From the NCBI GenBank assembly GCA_025210555.1, contig JAOARL010000005.1, forward strand, positions 55,671 through 119,670: 64,000 nt of DNA. The letters run 5' to 3'. Within the stretch, counting starts at the first letter, position 1. Every line of letters begins with the position of its first letter. The notes below the pieces were generated by a model. It did not search any database, had not been told where the DNA came from, and saw only the letters and a list, made by a program, of their open reading frames with translations. Position numbers and translations under genes: made by a program. Below, in pieces: positions 8,875-19,839 of this stretch. The stretch is from Clostridia bacterium (GTDB lineage: Bacteria; Bacillota; Clostridia; Lachnospirales; JAOARL01).

Positions 8875-10574
8875 AATATCTCCCCCTTAACAGATATACT
8901 CTCGTGATGTCCTAGCAAATTAATCTTTTCATCATAATTAAATATTATGATCTGTTTTTTTCTTTCTAACACATTCTCTTCAATATACTTTTCTACATTA
9001 ATATTAAATATTTCCAATGTTATGTTCTTATCATTCAACCCATTTAGATACTCATTTCTTAGAGTTTCATTTCTATATAAACTCTTGTCCTTTTCTGCTT
9101 TCATAAACTCACATAGTTTATTTTGCTTTCCACTTATTAACAAATCATATTTAAGTAACTCTTTAAGTATTTCTACTTCTAAATTATCCCTAATAGCAAA
9201 ATTAAGAAGTATATCATACATTCCAAGTTTACTTACTGGAACATCTTCATACCCTTCATCTGCATAATATGCCCCAAGATACTTATAAAAATCAAAAGGC
9301 GTTTCATATTTGCTTTCTATATATTTAATAGAATAATAAAATCTTCCCGTATTATAATAACTTTCTACCATTTCTTCTATCAATTTTAAAGTAAGTAATT
9401 CTTCATACGAAAGTTTATCACTACTTAGAACTTCATACGGCACTTTGTCTCTTGCAACTAAATTGTGTTTATCTCTATCTACACTTAGTCCTGATCCTTT
9501 AATAAGTTTAAGAAAACCTAATTGAAGTTGCTCTGGCTCTAAATTATATACATCATTGAATGACTTTCTAAAAGATTCTATATCTTCTCCCGGAAGTCCA
9601 GCAATTAAATCTAAATGCTGATGTATGTTATTACCATCCTTAACGGCCTTTACAACTTTGCTTAACTCCTCAAATTTCATTTTCCTGTTAATTATATCTA
9701 AAACTTCTTTATTAGTAGTTTGAACTCCTATCTCAAATTGGAATAAATCTACTCTTGCTTTTTTTAGCAGTTCTATTTGATCTTCATTCATTATGTCTGC
9801 TGATATCTCAAAATGGAAGTTTGTTATTCCATTATCATTTTTTATAAGAAACTCCCATATTTGATAAGCTCTTTTCTTATCAGCATTAAAAGTTCTATCA
9901 ACAAGTTTCACTTGCTTGATATTGTTATCTAGAAAAAACTTAAGTTCTTCAAAAACGATGTCTAAACTCTTAACTCTCAACTTTTTCTCTACTGAAGATA
10001 AACAATATTTACAATTATATGGGCACCCTCTAGATGTTTCATAATATATAATTCTATTTTTAAAAGGTTCAAATCCCTCTTTATATACAAAAGGAACTTT
10101 ATCCATGTCCATAATATCTCTATCTACATTAACTAAAACTTCATCATTTTCTTTATATGATATTCCTTTAATATCTGATATATCAAGATCTCCATCTATT
10201 AAGTACCTGCAAATTTCATCAAATGTTTCTTCACCTTCACCTCGCATTACAATATCTATATTCTCGTTGATTAATAAATTATTGTAATCGTATGTAGCTT
10301 CTGGTCCACCTAAAATAAATTTAGTGGTGCTATTTATTTTTTTATATTCTCTTATTACTTCTTTTATAACTTCTATGTTCCATATATAAGTTGATATACA
10401 AATAACATCTGCTTTCTGTTTGTATAGCTCTTTTAATATATAATCTTTGCTATTATTTATTGTATATTCCTTAAGTTCTATATTTTTCTTATGGCTTGTA
10501 TATTCATATAAATATCTAATAGCTAAGTTGCTATGTATAAACTTAGAATTTATTCCTACTAATAATATCTTCAT
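8871..10574 (-). CDS. B12-binding-domain radical SAM protein (DUF4080-like C-terminus)
   Basis: 567 aa. N-terminal cobalamin-binding-like fold (MKILLVGINSKF...), radical SAM cluster SRGCPYNCKYC (Cx3Cx2C), long C-terminal extension. Confidence 0.8.
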   Translation of the reverse strand: MKILLVGINSKFIHSNLAIRYLYEYTSHKKNIELKEYTINNSKDYILKELYKQKADVICISTYIWNIEVIKEVIREYKKINSTTKFILGGPEATYDYNNLLINENIDIVMRGEGEETFDEICRYLIDGDLDISDIKGISYKENDEVLVNVDRDIMDMDKVPFVYKEGFEPFKNRIIYYETSRGCPYNCKYCLSSVEKKLRVKSLDIVFEELKFFLDNNIKQVKLVDRTFNADKKRAYQIWEFLIKNDNGITNFHFEISADIMNEDQIELLKKARVDLFQFEIGVQTTNKEVLDIINRKMKFEELSKVVKAVKDGNNIHQHLDLIAGLPGEDIESFRKSFNDVYNLEPEQLQLGFLKLIKGSGLSVDRDKHNLVARDKVPYEVLSSDKLSYEELLTLKLIEEMVESYYNTGRFYYSIKYIESKYETPFDFYKYLGAYYADEGYEDVPVSKLGMYDILLNFAIRDNLEVEILKELLKYDLLISGKQNKLCEFMKAEKDKSLYRNETLRNEYLNGLNDKNITLEIFNINVEKYIEENVLERKKQIIIFNYDEKINLLGHHESISVKGEIL

Positions 10575-10582
10575 CTTTTCTC

Positions 10583-11578
10583 CTATCTAATAATTGTAAA
10601 TGTGTTTCTCTCTACATTGTTATATATCCATTTTGCATTTTCGTCATCCAATCTAATACATCCATGGCTAGCTGGCTCACCAATTTTATTCTTTTCTAGT
10701 ATATTTCCTTCTTTGTCTCTAGCATATCCATGTATTAAGTAATTCCCAACTATTCTAACCCAATACTTAGCTCCTTGTCCATACTTCTTTGAATAAAAGC
10801 TTGCTCCTCTATCTGTAAGTTTAAATCTCCCTTCTGGAGTTTCAAACTCAGGAAGCCCAACAGATGCTTTATATAATTTTACTATTTCTCCATCCTCATA
10901 TACTTTTAAAACACCTTCATCTTTAAGTATTTCTACTATCTTTTTACTCTCTATATCTTCTGTTTTGAAGTTGATATTAATTAATCTACTTTGCTTTTTA
11001 GACACTGGAACTATAGCAACCTTAACATTATAATCTTTATTATCTTTAAGCAAATTATTGGGTTTAAATGTAATAACCTTTCCTTCTATTTTAGTTTCGC
11101 CCTCTAGCCCATACATATAAGCAGCTTCAATCTCTTCATCCATCTCAATTATGATTTTGCTATCAATTCTAACTTCTTCACTCCCTATAACAGGATTAAT
11201 TCTTATAACATCTATTCTAGCATCTTCTTTAATCCTTATTACTTTTTCAAATTCTTTTGTTACTAATGGTATCTTAGTCTTAATATTCTTAGCTGATAGC
11301 TTTACTAATTCGTTTTCTACACTAGTAGGTTTATCTATCTCAATCTCCAAAACTCTATCATCGATCCATTCAGAGCTATAAGATATTTTTTCAACATTTG
11401 CTTCTACAATAAGATCAACCTTTTCTTCCGTATTCATAGGAAGATTAAACGTAACATCCGTTACAATCTTGTTGTTTTCATCTCTGTGATTAACCTTTCC
11501 TTTTTGTGAAATGATAGCATAAGTAATAAACATAAGTAATAATAACAATGTAATTCTTCTTGCATTCTTTTTATTCAT
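10583..11578 (-). CDS. L,D-transpeptidase (YkuD domain) with N-terminal membrane anchor
   Basis: 331 aa. Signal/anchor RRITLLLLLMFITYAII. Catalytic HGYARD...ASHGCIRL. Confidence 0.8.
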   Translation of the reverse strand: MNKKNARRITLLLLLMFITYAIISQKGKVNHRDENNKIVTDVTFNLPMNTEEKVDLIVEANVEKISYSSEWIDDRVLEIEIDKPTSVENELVKLSAKNIKTKIPLVTKEFEKVIRIKEDARIDVIRINPVIGSEEVRIDSKIIIEMDEEIEAAYMYGLEGETKIEGKVITFKPNNLLKDNKDYNVKVAIVPVSKKQSRLININFKTEDIESKKIVEILKDEGVLKVYEDGEIVKLYKASVGLPEFETPEGRFKLTDRGASFYSKKYGQGAKYWVRIVGNYLIHGYARDKEGNILEKNKIGEPASHGCIRLDDENAKWIYNNVERNTFTIIR

Positions 11579-11610
11579 ACTACCACCTCCTCTTATTTAA
11601 ATTTTATCAC

Positions 11611-11645
11611 AAAAAAAACAAAAGAGCATTTTCATCTCTTTTGTT
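11611..11645 (-). terminator. Rho-independent terminator after the 433-aa membrane gene
   Basis: Stem ACAAAAGAG/CTCTTTTGT, followed by T8 on minus. Confidence 0.7.
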
Positions 11646-11701
11646 AATATTTGCTATAACAACTCTTTACCCTTATTATCATTATTGATTCCTATATATA
11701 A

Positions 11702-13003
11702 TTAATATTGATGTCCATTAACAAAAAAATTATTTATTTCAACTTCTTTTAGTATCAATTCTTTTGATTTTATATAGTTATAATTAATATCAGTTTTAGT
11801 TACATTAACATTTTTCAAATCTCTATTAATATGAATTCCTTTTTTAAGGAAAAAATCATGAAACTTGCCAATATATAAACTAACATTTTCATACTCAAGA
11901 AAATCAATTCTTTTTCCATCCTTAAAAACCACTTCATAATGTAAATCCCAAGCATCTTCTTCCTTATATTTTGTTATATCTGCATATATGTCAATCATCT
12001 CTATGTCTGAATAACTTTTAACAGTTATATCATTATAAAAATTTTTATAAAACTTTATATGACTTTTATTAATTTCTAACGTCATGCTATTTGCATATAG
12101 TGATATCCCTACTGAAACAACAATAAAAATCTCTAGTTTTTTAAAAAAGCCAAAAAGTCTAGTTAATTTAGCTTTGTTTTTTAATAATAATTTCCCAATA
12201 TTAGATAAAATCATACTTATAGCTGCACCTAACCCAATTATTATAGTAACTACAAATCCATGTTTATATAATTTAATACTTTCATGCGCTATTTGCTCTG
12301 ACATCCTAGCACCAAAGTAACCATAATTATTTAATATTAGTAATATGCAAATTATTGGGAAAATAGGTTCCAAAAAACTTACCGTTATATATAATATTTT
12401 TTCTAACGTGTTTAACCCATCTAAATCGCTATAATTAATTCTTCGAAAGTTCTTAACTATAAAATCTTCTATCTCATTAGTTCTGTAATTTCCACCATAA
12501 CTACCAATGCATTTTGAAAGTTCTACTCCAACCACCTTTGCAATAACTTCTTTTCTACCTATATCTCTTCTCCTTGACGTATCAATAATAGTTAAAACAG
12601 GGTTGCTTGAGTCATGTGTTGCAAATTCAAATTTATTCAATCCCTTTCTTTTTAATCGATAAAAACCAACTACATCAGTATAACTTATTTTTCTATAACC
12701 TATTTCATCTCCTAATATATGTATATATTCTTCTGTAAAAACAACATCTGCATTTATTGACGTATTTGCACTTTTAAAATAAATATAATTTTTCATAGTT
12801 TTAACAATTAAGATTAATTGAATAATTCCTAAAGTAATTACTTTTAAATAACTACCATCATGAAAAAAATTAACTAATAAAACAAATAGTGTTATTAATA
12901 AAATCACCTTATATCTATATTTAAAAAGATCTGTTTTGCTTCTAAATGAATATATTATTCTACTATCGTCTATTGCTTTAACTCTATTTAATAATGCTTC
13001 CAT
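11702..13003 (-). CDS. Hypothetical polytopic membrane protein
   Basis: 433 aa. Two clusters of TM helices separated and followed by soluble beta-rich segments. RBS GGGGGGA. Confidence 0.6.
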   Translation of the reverse strand: MEALLNRVKAIDDSRIIYSFRSKTDLFKYRYKVILLITLFVLLVNFFHDGSYLKVITLGIIQLILIVKTMKNYIYFKSANTSINADVVFTEEYIHILGDEIGYRKISYTDVVGFYRLKRKGLNKFEFATHDSSNPVLTIIDTSRRRDIGRKEVIAKVVGVELSKCIGSYGGNYRTNEIEDFIVKNFRRINYSDLDGLNTLEKILYITVSFLEPIFPIICILLILNNYGYFGARMSEQIAHESIKLYKHGFVVTIIIGLGAAISMILSNIGKLLLKNKAKLTRLFGFFKKLEIFIVVSVGISLYANSMTLEINKSHIKFYKNFYNDITVKSYSDIEMIDIYADITKYKEEDAWDLHYEVVFKDGKRIDFLEYENVSLYIGKFHDFFLKKGIHINRDLKNVNVTKTDINYNYIKSKELILKEVEINNFFVNGHQY

Positions 13004-13044
13004 ATATATCCCCCTATTTTATACGCGTTAACTAAATTTTACAC

Positions 13045-13074
13045 CAAAAAAAGAAGATGTTAAAGCATCTTCTT
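13045..13074 (-). terminator. Rho-independent terminator overlapping the uvrA stop
   Basis: Stem AAGAAGATG/CATCTTCTT, followed by a T-run on minus. Confidence 0.65.
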
Positions 13075-15864
13075 TAAATATTTTCCTGTATATGATTTTT
13101 TAACCTTAGATACTTCCTCTGGTGTTCCAGCAGCAACAATAGTACCACCTTTATCTCCACCTTCTGGACCTAAATCAATTATATAATCTGATGTCTTAAT
13201 AACATCTAAATTATGCTCTATTACAACTATTGTATTACCAGTTTCTACTAGTCTTTGAAGTATTTCAATAAGTCTCTTTACATCTTCCATATGTAATCCT
13301 GTTGTAGGTTCATCTAAAATATAAATCGTCTTCCCTGTACTTCTTTTGCTAAGCTCAGTTGCTAGCTTAATCCTTTGTGCTTCTCCACCTGATAAAGTTG
13401 TTGAAGGTTGTCCTAATTTAATATACGAAAGACCTACATCATTTAAAAGATCTATCTTTCTCTTTATTTTAGGTATATTTTCAAAGAATACTCCAGCTTC
13501 TTCAATTGTCATATCAAGCACATCAGATATTGTCTTACCTTTATACTTAACTTCAAGTGTTTCTCTATTGTATCTTTTCCCTTTACATACTTCACAAGGA
13601 ACATATATATCTGGTAAGAAGTGCATTTCTATCTTTATAATTCCATCTCCACTACATGCTTCACATCTTCCACCTTTTACATTAAAACTAAATCTTCCTT
13701 TTTGATAACCTCTTATTTTAGCTTCATTAGTTGCAGTAAATAAATCCCTTATATGATCGAATACACCAGTATAGGTAGCAGGATTTGATCTAGGTGTTCT
13801 TCCTATTGGCGATTGATCTATATCAATCACTTTATCAAGATGCTCCATTCCACTTATTTCTTTATGTTTCCCTGGCTTGATTCTTTGTCTTCCAACTGTC
13901 TTAGCAAGTTCTTTATATAGTATTTGATTAATTAAAGAACTTTTACCTGATCCAGATACACCTGTAACACAAGTGAATATGCCAAGTGGAATATCTACAT
14001 TCACTTTTTTAAGGTTATTTTCTTCTGCTCCTTTTATCTTAAGCCATTTACCGTTAGGTTCTCTTCTTTCTTTAGGAACCTCTATTTTTCTTTCACCACT
14101 TAAATATTTCCCTGTTATTGATTCTTTTGATTTATGTATGTCTTTTACTTTACCTGCAAAAGATATATTTCCACCATGAACTCCTGCCCCTGGACCAATA
14201 TCAACTAAATAATCAGCTTCTCTAATAGTATCTTCATCATGCTCTACTACAATTAGAGTATTTCCTAAACCTTTAAGGTGTTTTAGCGTTCCTATAAGCT
14301 TATCATTATCTCTTTGATGAAGACCTATGCTTGGTTCATCTAAGATGTATACAACCCCTACAAGCCCTGAACCTATTTGAGTTGCAAGTCTTATTCTTTG
14401 AGATTCCCCACCTGACAATGTACCTGCTTTTCTTGCTAAAGATAAATAATCTAGCCCTACATCTATTAAGAACTTAAGTCTTTCATGAAGCTCCTTAAGT
14501 ATAGCTTCTGCTATTAGCAAATCTCTTCCTTTAAGCTTTAGATTATCAAAGAAGTTTTTAGCATCTCTTATAGACATTTGAGTTATCTCATGAATATTTT
14601 TGTTACCTACTGTTATTGCAAGTATCTCTGGTTTAAGTCTAGCTCCATGACATACATGACAAGGATTTTCTACCATATATCCCTCATACTCTTGTCTCAT
14701 ATATTCAGATGATGTTTCCTTATATCTTCTTTCAACACTTTTAAGTATACCTTCAAAAGTTGATTCATAATTATATCTGAACTTTATTTTATCTTCTCCT
14801 GAACCATATAGTATTACATCTCTAACTTTTTTGCTTAGCTTTTCAAATGGTTTATTTAAATCAAACTTATAATGATCTGCTAAAGTTTCAAACATAGTTC
14901 TAACATAAGAGTTTTCTGTTGTTATATTACTCCAGCCTGGAGCTTTTATTGCTCCTTCCAAAATACTTAATTTCTTATTAGGTATTATTAAATCAGGATC
15001 AATTTCTTTTTTCACTCCAAGACCATGACATTCTGAACATGCTCCAAAAGGTGCGTTAAAAGAAAAGCTTCTTGGCTCAACTTCTGGCATGCTTATGTTA
15101 TGATCTGGACATGCATATGATTGACTAAAAGTTAGCTCTTCTCCATCTAAAACATCAACTATCAATGTTCCACCTGTTATATGCATAACAGTTTCTATAG
15201 AACTAGTTAATCTAGATCTTATATCTTCTTTAATTTTTATTCTATCTACTATTATTTCAATGTTATGTTTTTTGTTTTTGTCTAAGACGATTTCCTCAGT
15301 TAACTCATAAACATTTCCATCAACTCTAGCTCTTACATAACCACTTTTAGCTGCGCTTTCAAGCTCTTTTTGATGAGTACCTTTTCTTCCCCTTACAACA
15401 GGTGCCAATAGCATGAGCTTTGTTCCTTCTTCAAGTTCCATAATACTATCAACAATCTGATCTATTGTCTGCTTCTTTATTTCTTTTCCACAAATAGGAC
15501 AATGTGGGATTCCAACTCTTGCATACAAAAGCCTTAAGTAATCATATATCTCAGTTACCGTTCCTACTGTTGATCTTGGATTTCTACTTGTTGTCTTCTG
15601 ATCAATAGATATAGCTGGAGATAATCCTTCTATAACTTCTACATTTGGCTTTTCCATTTGTCCTAAAAATTGTCTTGCATACGAAGATAAACTCTCCACA
15701 TATCTTCTTTGACCTTCTGCATATATAGTATCAAAAGCTAAAGAAGATTTGCCAGAACCAGACAAACCAGTTATTACTATAAATTCATCTCTTGGTAATT
15801 CTAAATCAATATTTTTAAGATTATGCTCTTTAGCCCCTTTTATTATAATTTTATCTCTTGACAT
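13060..15864 (-). CDS. uvrA: Excinuclease ABC subunit A
   Basis: 934 aa. Two ABC modules ([25 protein letters not shown], two LSGGE.QR signatures) and zinc-finger Cys pairs. Confidence 0.97.
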   Translation of the reverse strand: MSRDKIIIKGAKEHNLKNIDLELPRDEFIVITGLSGSGKSSLAFDTIYAEGQRRYVESLSSYARQFLGQMEKPNVEVIEGLSPAISIDQKTTSRNPRSTVGTVTEIYDYLRLLYARVGIPHCPICGKEIKKQTIDQIVDSIMELEEGTKLMLLAPVVRGRKGTHQKELESAAKSGYVRARVDGNVYELTEEIVLDKNKKHNIEIIVDRIKIKEDIRSRLTSSIETVMHITGGTLIVDVLDGEELTFSQSYACPDHNISMPEVEPRSFSFNAPFGACSECHGLGVKKEIDPDLIIPNKKLSILEGAIKAPGWSNITTENSYVRTMFETLADHYKFDLNKPFEKLSKKVRDVILYGSGEDKIKFRYNYESTFEGILKSVERRYKETSSEYMRQEYEGYMVENPCHVCHGARLKPEILAITVGNKNIHEITQMSIRDAKNFFDNLKLKGRDLLIAEAILKELHERLKFLIDVGLDYLSLARKAGTLSGGESQRIRLATQIGSGLVGVVYILDEPSIGLHQRDNDKLIGTLKHLKGLGNTLIVVEHDEDTIREADYLVDIGPGAGVHGGNISFAGKVKDIHKSKESITGKYLSGERKIEVPKERREPNGKWLKIKGAEENNLKKVNVDIPLGIFTCVTGVSGSGKSSLINQILYKELAKTVGRQRIKPGKHKEISGMEHLDKVIDIDQSPIGRTPRSNPATYTGVFDHIRDLFTATNEAKIRGYQKGRFSFNVKGGRCEACSGDGIIKIEMHFLPDIYVPCEVCKGKRYNRETLEVKYKGKTISDVLDMTIEEAGVFFENIPKIKRKIDLLNDVGLSYIKLGQPSTTLSGGEAQRIKLATELSKRSTGKTIYILDEPTTGLHMEDVKRLIEILQRLVETGNTIVVIEHNLDVIKTSDYIIDLGPEGGDKGGTIVAAGTPEEVSKVKKSYTGKYLKKML

Positions 15865-15929
15865 CTTTTCACCTCTATTTAACTTTTATCTGTTTCGAAG
15901 TATATCACACGAACGTTTGTTTTGCAAGT

Positions 15930-16706
15930 TTATACATGTATTTCAAATTCTTCTTCAATAGGCTTAAAATATGTCTGTGGTACTCCATTAATAGCAAGTG
16001 ATCCATTTTTGTAAGGCTTGTCTTTTGTTACATCATTTCCTAGAACTAGATTATTATTTATTAAATGAAGTCCTGATTTTATATTTAGCTTTGAAAAATC
16101 ATCTTCACTATTAACTTCTATTTCGGCAGTATACAATTCTTCCAATTTCTCATTATATACATCAAATTCAAAATTATATCCTCCTATATAAGGAATTTCG
16201 TATCTTCTCTTAGCTATTATGCTGCCAACTTTGTGAGCTTGTAACTCAGCAAAATCATCTTCCGTTAATTCTTCATAATTAAATTCTGGTCTCTTTTCTA
16301 ACCCTTTTGATTTAGCTGTAAATATGTAAGCTGTATTGCCTTTAGAATTACTTTTAGCTCTTGCTCTTAATTCTATATCTCCCATATTCAAATAAAATTG
16401 CTTTATGTCCTTATAGCTATATGTATTATTTAAAGTTTCTTTGTCAGGTACTTTCTTTAATAAAAACTTTTTTTCAATTTCATTTTGAACTTTTTCCGAT
16501 GAAGCTTTTATCTCATCAGTTAAGTCAATGCTGGTATCAAATTTACTTTTATTTATGGCTTTGTCTTTTAATTCTAAAAAAGCTGCTTCATTTATCTTCA
16601 TGTAATTTTTACCAGCTATACAAATATAGTGCTTTCCTTCATATATTATAGCTTCAACTTTAAACCCACTGTTTAAATTAAAAATTGTATATTTTATATT
16701 ATTCAT
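15930..16706 (-). CDS. CYTH-domain protein with extra N- and C-terminal regions
   Basis: EIEKKFLLKK (ExExK CYTH signature) begins about aa 77, followed by an RRYEIP...FEFDVY...AEIEV beta-barrel pattern. ATG 16706 preferred (AAAGGA 7 nt upstream) over GTG 16709. Confidence 0.6.
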   Translation of the reverse strand: MNNIKYTIFNLNSGFKVEAIIYEGKHYICIAGKNYMKINEAAFLELKDKAINKSKFDTSIDLTDEIKASSEKVQNEIEKKFLLKKVPDKETLNNTYSYKDIKQFYLNMGDIELRARAKSNSKGNTAYIFTAKSKGLEKRPEFNYEELTEDDFAELQAHKVGSIIAKRRYEIPYIGGYNFEFDVYNEKLEELYTAEIEVNSEDDFSKLNIKSGLHLINNNLVLGNDVTKDKPYKNGSLAINGVPQTYFKPIEEEFEIHV

Positions 16707-16765
16707 CACATTGTCCTTTCTTTATATCATAATATATATTATAATACTTTTCGGAGGCGATTCAA

Positions 16766-17398
16766 ATGGATAAATTGGATTTTATATATAAAAGAAAAAG
16801 TGTTAGAAAATTTACTGACGAAAAAGTTAATGTGGAAGATATAAAAGAAATAATTAGAGCTGCTGGAGCTGCTCCATCAGGTACTAATAGTCAAAATTGG
16901 CACTATGTAGTATTAACTAACAAAGACCGAATTGGTTGGTTAGCTGATACCGTTGAAAGAAAACATAATGAATTACAAGATAGTAATATATCAGACAAAA
17001 CTAAAGTTAAACTTAAGAAATTTTTACATTATGCAACATTATTTAAAAATGCACCTGCTGTTATAGTTGCTTTTGCAAAAGATTACACATTCTTAAAAGA
17101 TTCAGATCTTGAAGGTTTTTCAGAAGAAGATAAAGAAGTAATTAAATTTTCAAATCCAGCTATGCAAAACTTAGGAGCATCTATCGAAAATTTATGTCTT
17201 AGTGCTGCTGCTCTCGGATATGGAACATGTTGGATGACTGCACCATGTTATGCATATAATGAAATTTCAGAATTTGTAGGAATGGAAGATTCTATCTATC
17301 ATCCGGTAGCTATTATTCCTATTGGTAGAGCTGATGGTGAAGTTCCATCTCCAAGTAAAAGAGACTTAGATGATTACTTAACAATATTTGAAGACTAA
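16766..17398 (+). CDS. Nitroreductase-family flavoprotein
   Basis: 210 aa. RKSVRKFTDEKV, APSGTNSQNWHYVV. RBS GGAGG. Confidence 0.8.
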   Translation: MDKLDFIYKRKSVRKFTDEKVNVEDIKEIIRAAGAAPSGTNSQNWHYVVLTNKDRIGWLADTVERKHNELQDSNISDKTKVKLKKFLHYATLFKNAPAVIVAFAKDYTFLKDSDLEGFSEEDKEVIKFSNPAMQNLGASIENLCLSAAALGYGTCWMTAPCYAYNEISEFVGMEDSIYHPVAIIPIGRADGEVPSPSKRDLDDYLTIFED

Positions 17399-17402
17399 AA
17401 TA

Positions 17403-17438
17403 AAAAGCCGCTTAGAGTTAAACTCTTAGTGGCTTTTT
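17403..17438. terminator. Shared hairpin terminator of the convergent nitroreductase and ABC genes
   Basis: About 13-bp imperfect stem AAAGCCGCTTAGAG/CTCTTAGTGGCTTT followed by a T-run. Overlaps the ABC gene 3' end. Confidence 0.6.
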
Positions 17439-19076
17439 AATATTTTCTTCCATATCTATAATATTATCCGCATTAGTAATTTGATGTGGGTTATGACTTA
17501 TTAATATAATTGTATGATCTGACTTTAATTCGTGTATTAAAGTATCAATTTTAAAAACTAATTCTTCATCTAGAGAACTAGTTACTTCATCTAGTAAAAT
17601 AACTCTACTCTTCTTTAATATTGCTCTAACTATAGCTAATCTTTGTCTTTGTCCTCCTGATAGGTTCGTTCCACCATTTTCTAAAATAGTATCATATCCC
17701 ATAGGCAAGTTTTTAATAAATTCATCTGCATGCGCTCTTATACATGCAGCTTTAATTTCTTCCTCATTCTCTGTTATTAACTTTAAGTTATCCATTATAC
17801 TCATATCAAACATAAACGAATCCTGTGATACATATGCTATCTTAGTACTATATGAATAAGCTGAGTAATCATAAATATTAACTCCATCTAAAGTAATCGT
17901 ACCACTATCAACTCTATACAATCTCATTATCAAATCAAATACAGTACTTTTACCTGTTCCGCTAGAACCTTTTAATAAATTAATTGCATTGAGTTTAACT
18001 TCAAAATTAAAATTATCTAATATTTTATTTTCATCATTATATGAAAAACTGACATTTTCAAATTTTACTAATCCTTTTTCCTCTTTTATATCTTCATTTC
18101 CAAAAACTTCTATTTCTCTATTTTCTTTAAGTTTAAAAACGTTCTCAACTCTTTCCTGAGCAACATTTATTTCTCTTAACAATCCAAATAGAGCTGCTAT
18201 ATCATTAACCCCTGCTATTAATTTATCATAATACCTTAATAGTACAATTATAGTGGCTATTGAAACTTGGTTAATTGAAACTAAATATATTAGCATAAAT
18301 AAGATTAATGAACTCCCTAATTCATTTAAAAATGGTATTAATGCATATTTTTTTGCATTAGTCATAACTTGATCGTTATAAACTTTTACATATTCCTTAT
18401 TTATATCTGTAAATTTATTTTCAAGCTTACCTATTATATTATAAGTTTTAATTTCTTTATATCCCTTTAAGTATTGATCAATATAACTTGTTCTCTTATC
18501 TATTTCAATATTTTCTTTATTCAAACATATTTCTAATTTATTATTACATTTATTTGTAAAATAGAAATTAGCTATATTTACTAATAATATTATTCCACCT
18601 ATATAAATATTTAGTGTTGCTATTATACTAAACACAAAAACAGTTGTTATAGCTGATGTTACATATATCAAAATATCATCTATTGCCTCTACTAGCATTG
18701 TAACTTCTGTATTTACAGTATTAAGTACTGCGCTTTTATTTGTTTTCCTAATTTCATCATATGAAAAACTATAGAGCGACCCTATATATTTTCTTAAAAC
18801 AATGTTATATGTATCTCTAAAGAAGTTAGTAAACACAACATTTTCTAAGTACCTAAAAATGTATGATATCATGTTAGCTAATAGATATAAACCTACTAAC
18901 AAATATGCAAGTCCATATTTTTTTAAGGTAATATTTTCAATAACCAAACCATATGCCAAAGGTATAGTTAAAAAGATTCCTGATTTAACTAATAATACAA
19001 AAGCATAAAGCATAGATTGTCCTCTTAAAAATTCTATGAACTTTAAATATTTTCTTAAAATCTTAAATTCTTTCAT
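17418..19076 (-). CDS. ABC exporter, fused permease-ATPase half transporter
   Basis: 552 aa. Six-TM N-domain. Walker A GSSGTGKST, signature LSGGQRQR, Walker B ILLDEVTS. Confidence 0.85.
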   Translation of the reverse strand: MKEFKILRKYLKFIEFLRGQSMLYAFVLLVKSGIFLTIPLAYGLVIENITLKKYGLAYLLVGLYLLANMISYIFRYLENVVFTNFFRDTYNIVLRKYIGSLYSFSYDEIRKTNKSAVLNTVNTEVTMLVEAIDDILIYVTSAITTVFVFSIIATLNIYIGGIILLVNIANFYFTNKCNNKLEICLNKENIEIDKRTSYIDQYLKGYKEIKTYNIIGKLENKFTDINKEYVKVYNDQVMTNAKKYALIPFLNELGSSLILFMLIYLVSINQVSIATIIVLLRYYDKLIAGVNDIAALFGLLREINVAQERVENVFKLKENREIEVFGNEDIKEEKGLVKFENVSFSYNDENKILDNFNFEVKLNAINLLKGSSGTGKSTVFDLIMRLYRVDSGTITLDGVNIYDYSAYSYSTKIAYVSQDSFMFDMSIMDNLKLITENEEEIKAACIRAHADEFIKNLPMGYDTILENGGTNLSGGQRQRLAIVRAILKKSRVILLDEVTSSLDEELVFKIDTLIHELKSDHTIILISHNPHQITNADNIIDMEENIKKPLRV

Positions 19077-19148
19077 CTTAACTCCAATCCATTCAACAAA
19101 AAAATTATATCACTTATATTTTCTATAGACAATAAAAAAGCTATAAAA

Positions 19149-19688
19149 TCAATTGACTTTATAGCTTATATTTTCCAGACTTGATTCAACTATTTCGTCT
19201 TGCTTATCACTTGATAACAAAGTGAATTCAGATGAATCTCCAAGTCCCATAGCTTTTATACCCTTAGCTATATCATATGTAACATCACTAACAATTTCTT
19301 TAGGTATAGAAACATTATTGTTTTTTTCCATATTTTTCATAGTTTTTTCAACACCACTACCAATTAAAATCATGTCTCCCCAACTAACTGGTACCTTTTC
19401 ACTAACTCTTTCCTTAATTTCTCCATCAGACATTTCGGAATTAATTCCAGTATCTGAAAGCAATTCCGCATAATAATCATAACAATCAAAACAATGTGCT
19501 GCATTTGATTCAGTACTAACGTCATATTCAATACTATCATCACCTGAACTATCTAAGCTCACTCTAGAATCCTGTGGATTCAAATTATCTTTTTCTTCAA
19601 GTTTAACATTAAATTTATCATATCCTTTAGCTTTAGCTACAAATAAAGCTGCATTTGCTACTCCTCTTAAAATTAAATCTTTTCCCAT
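19149..19688 (-). CDS. Hypothetical protein (179 aa from the preferred start)
   Basis: ORF track starts at 19730. GGAGGG sits 7 nt before the ATG at 19688 (MGKDLILRGV...). No motif recognised. Confidence 0.55.
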   Translation of the reverse strand: MGKDLILRGVANAALFVAKAKGYDKFNVKLEEKDNLNPQDSRVSLDSSGDDSIEYDVSTESNAAHCFDCYDYYAELLSDTGINSEMSDGEIKERVSEKVPVSWGDMILIGSGVEKTMKNMEKNNNVSIPKEIVSDVTYDIAKGIKAMGLGDSSEFTLLSSDKQDEIVESSLENISYKVN

Positions 19689-19839
19689 TTTTTTACCCTC
19701 CGCATAATTTTTTAGTCTACTTAAAATCATGCCTCAAACGAGAGTTAACATAATAAAAATATGTCATTTTATTCGCCCCCAAATAATACTTTACTGATAA
19801 CAATTTTACCACTTTTGTCTGCAAATACAATACCATTTA

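Noticed and set aside
19717-19767. A 16-codon ORF (MTYFYYVNSRLRHDFK) with GGGGG upstream, in the leader of the 179-aa gene.
   Set aside because: It is too short to support from sequence alone, shows no recognisable attenuator structure, and could be chance in AT-rich DNA.
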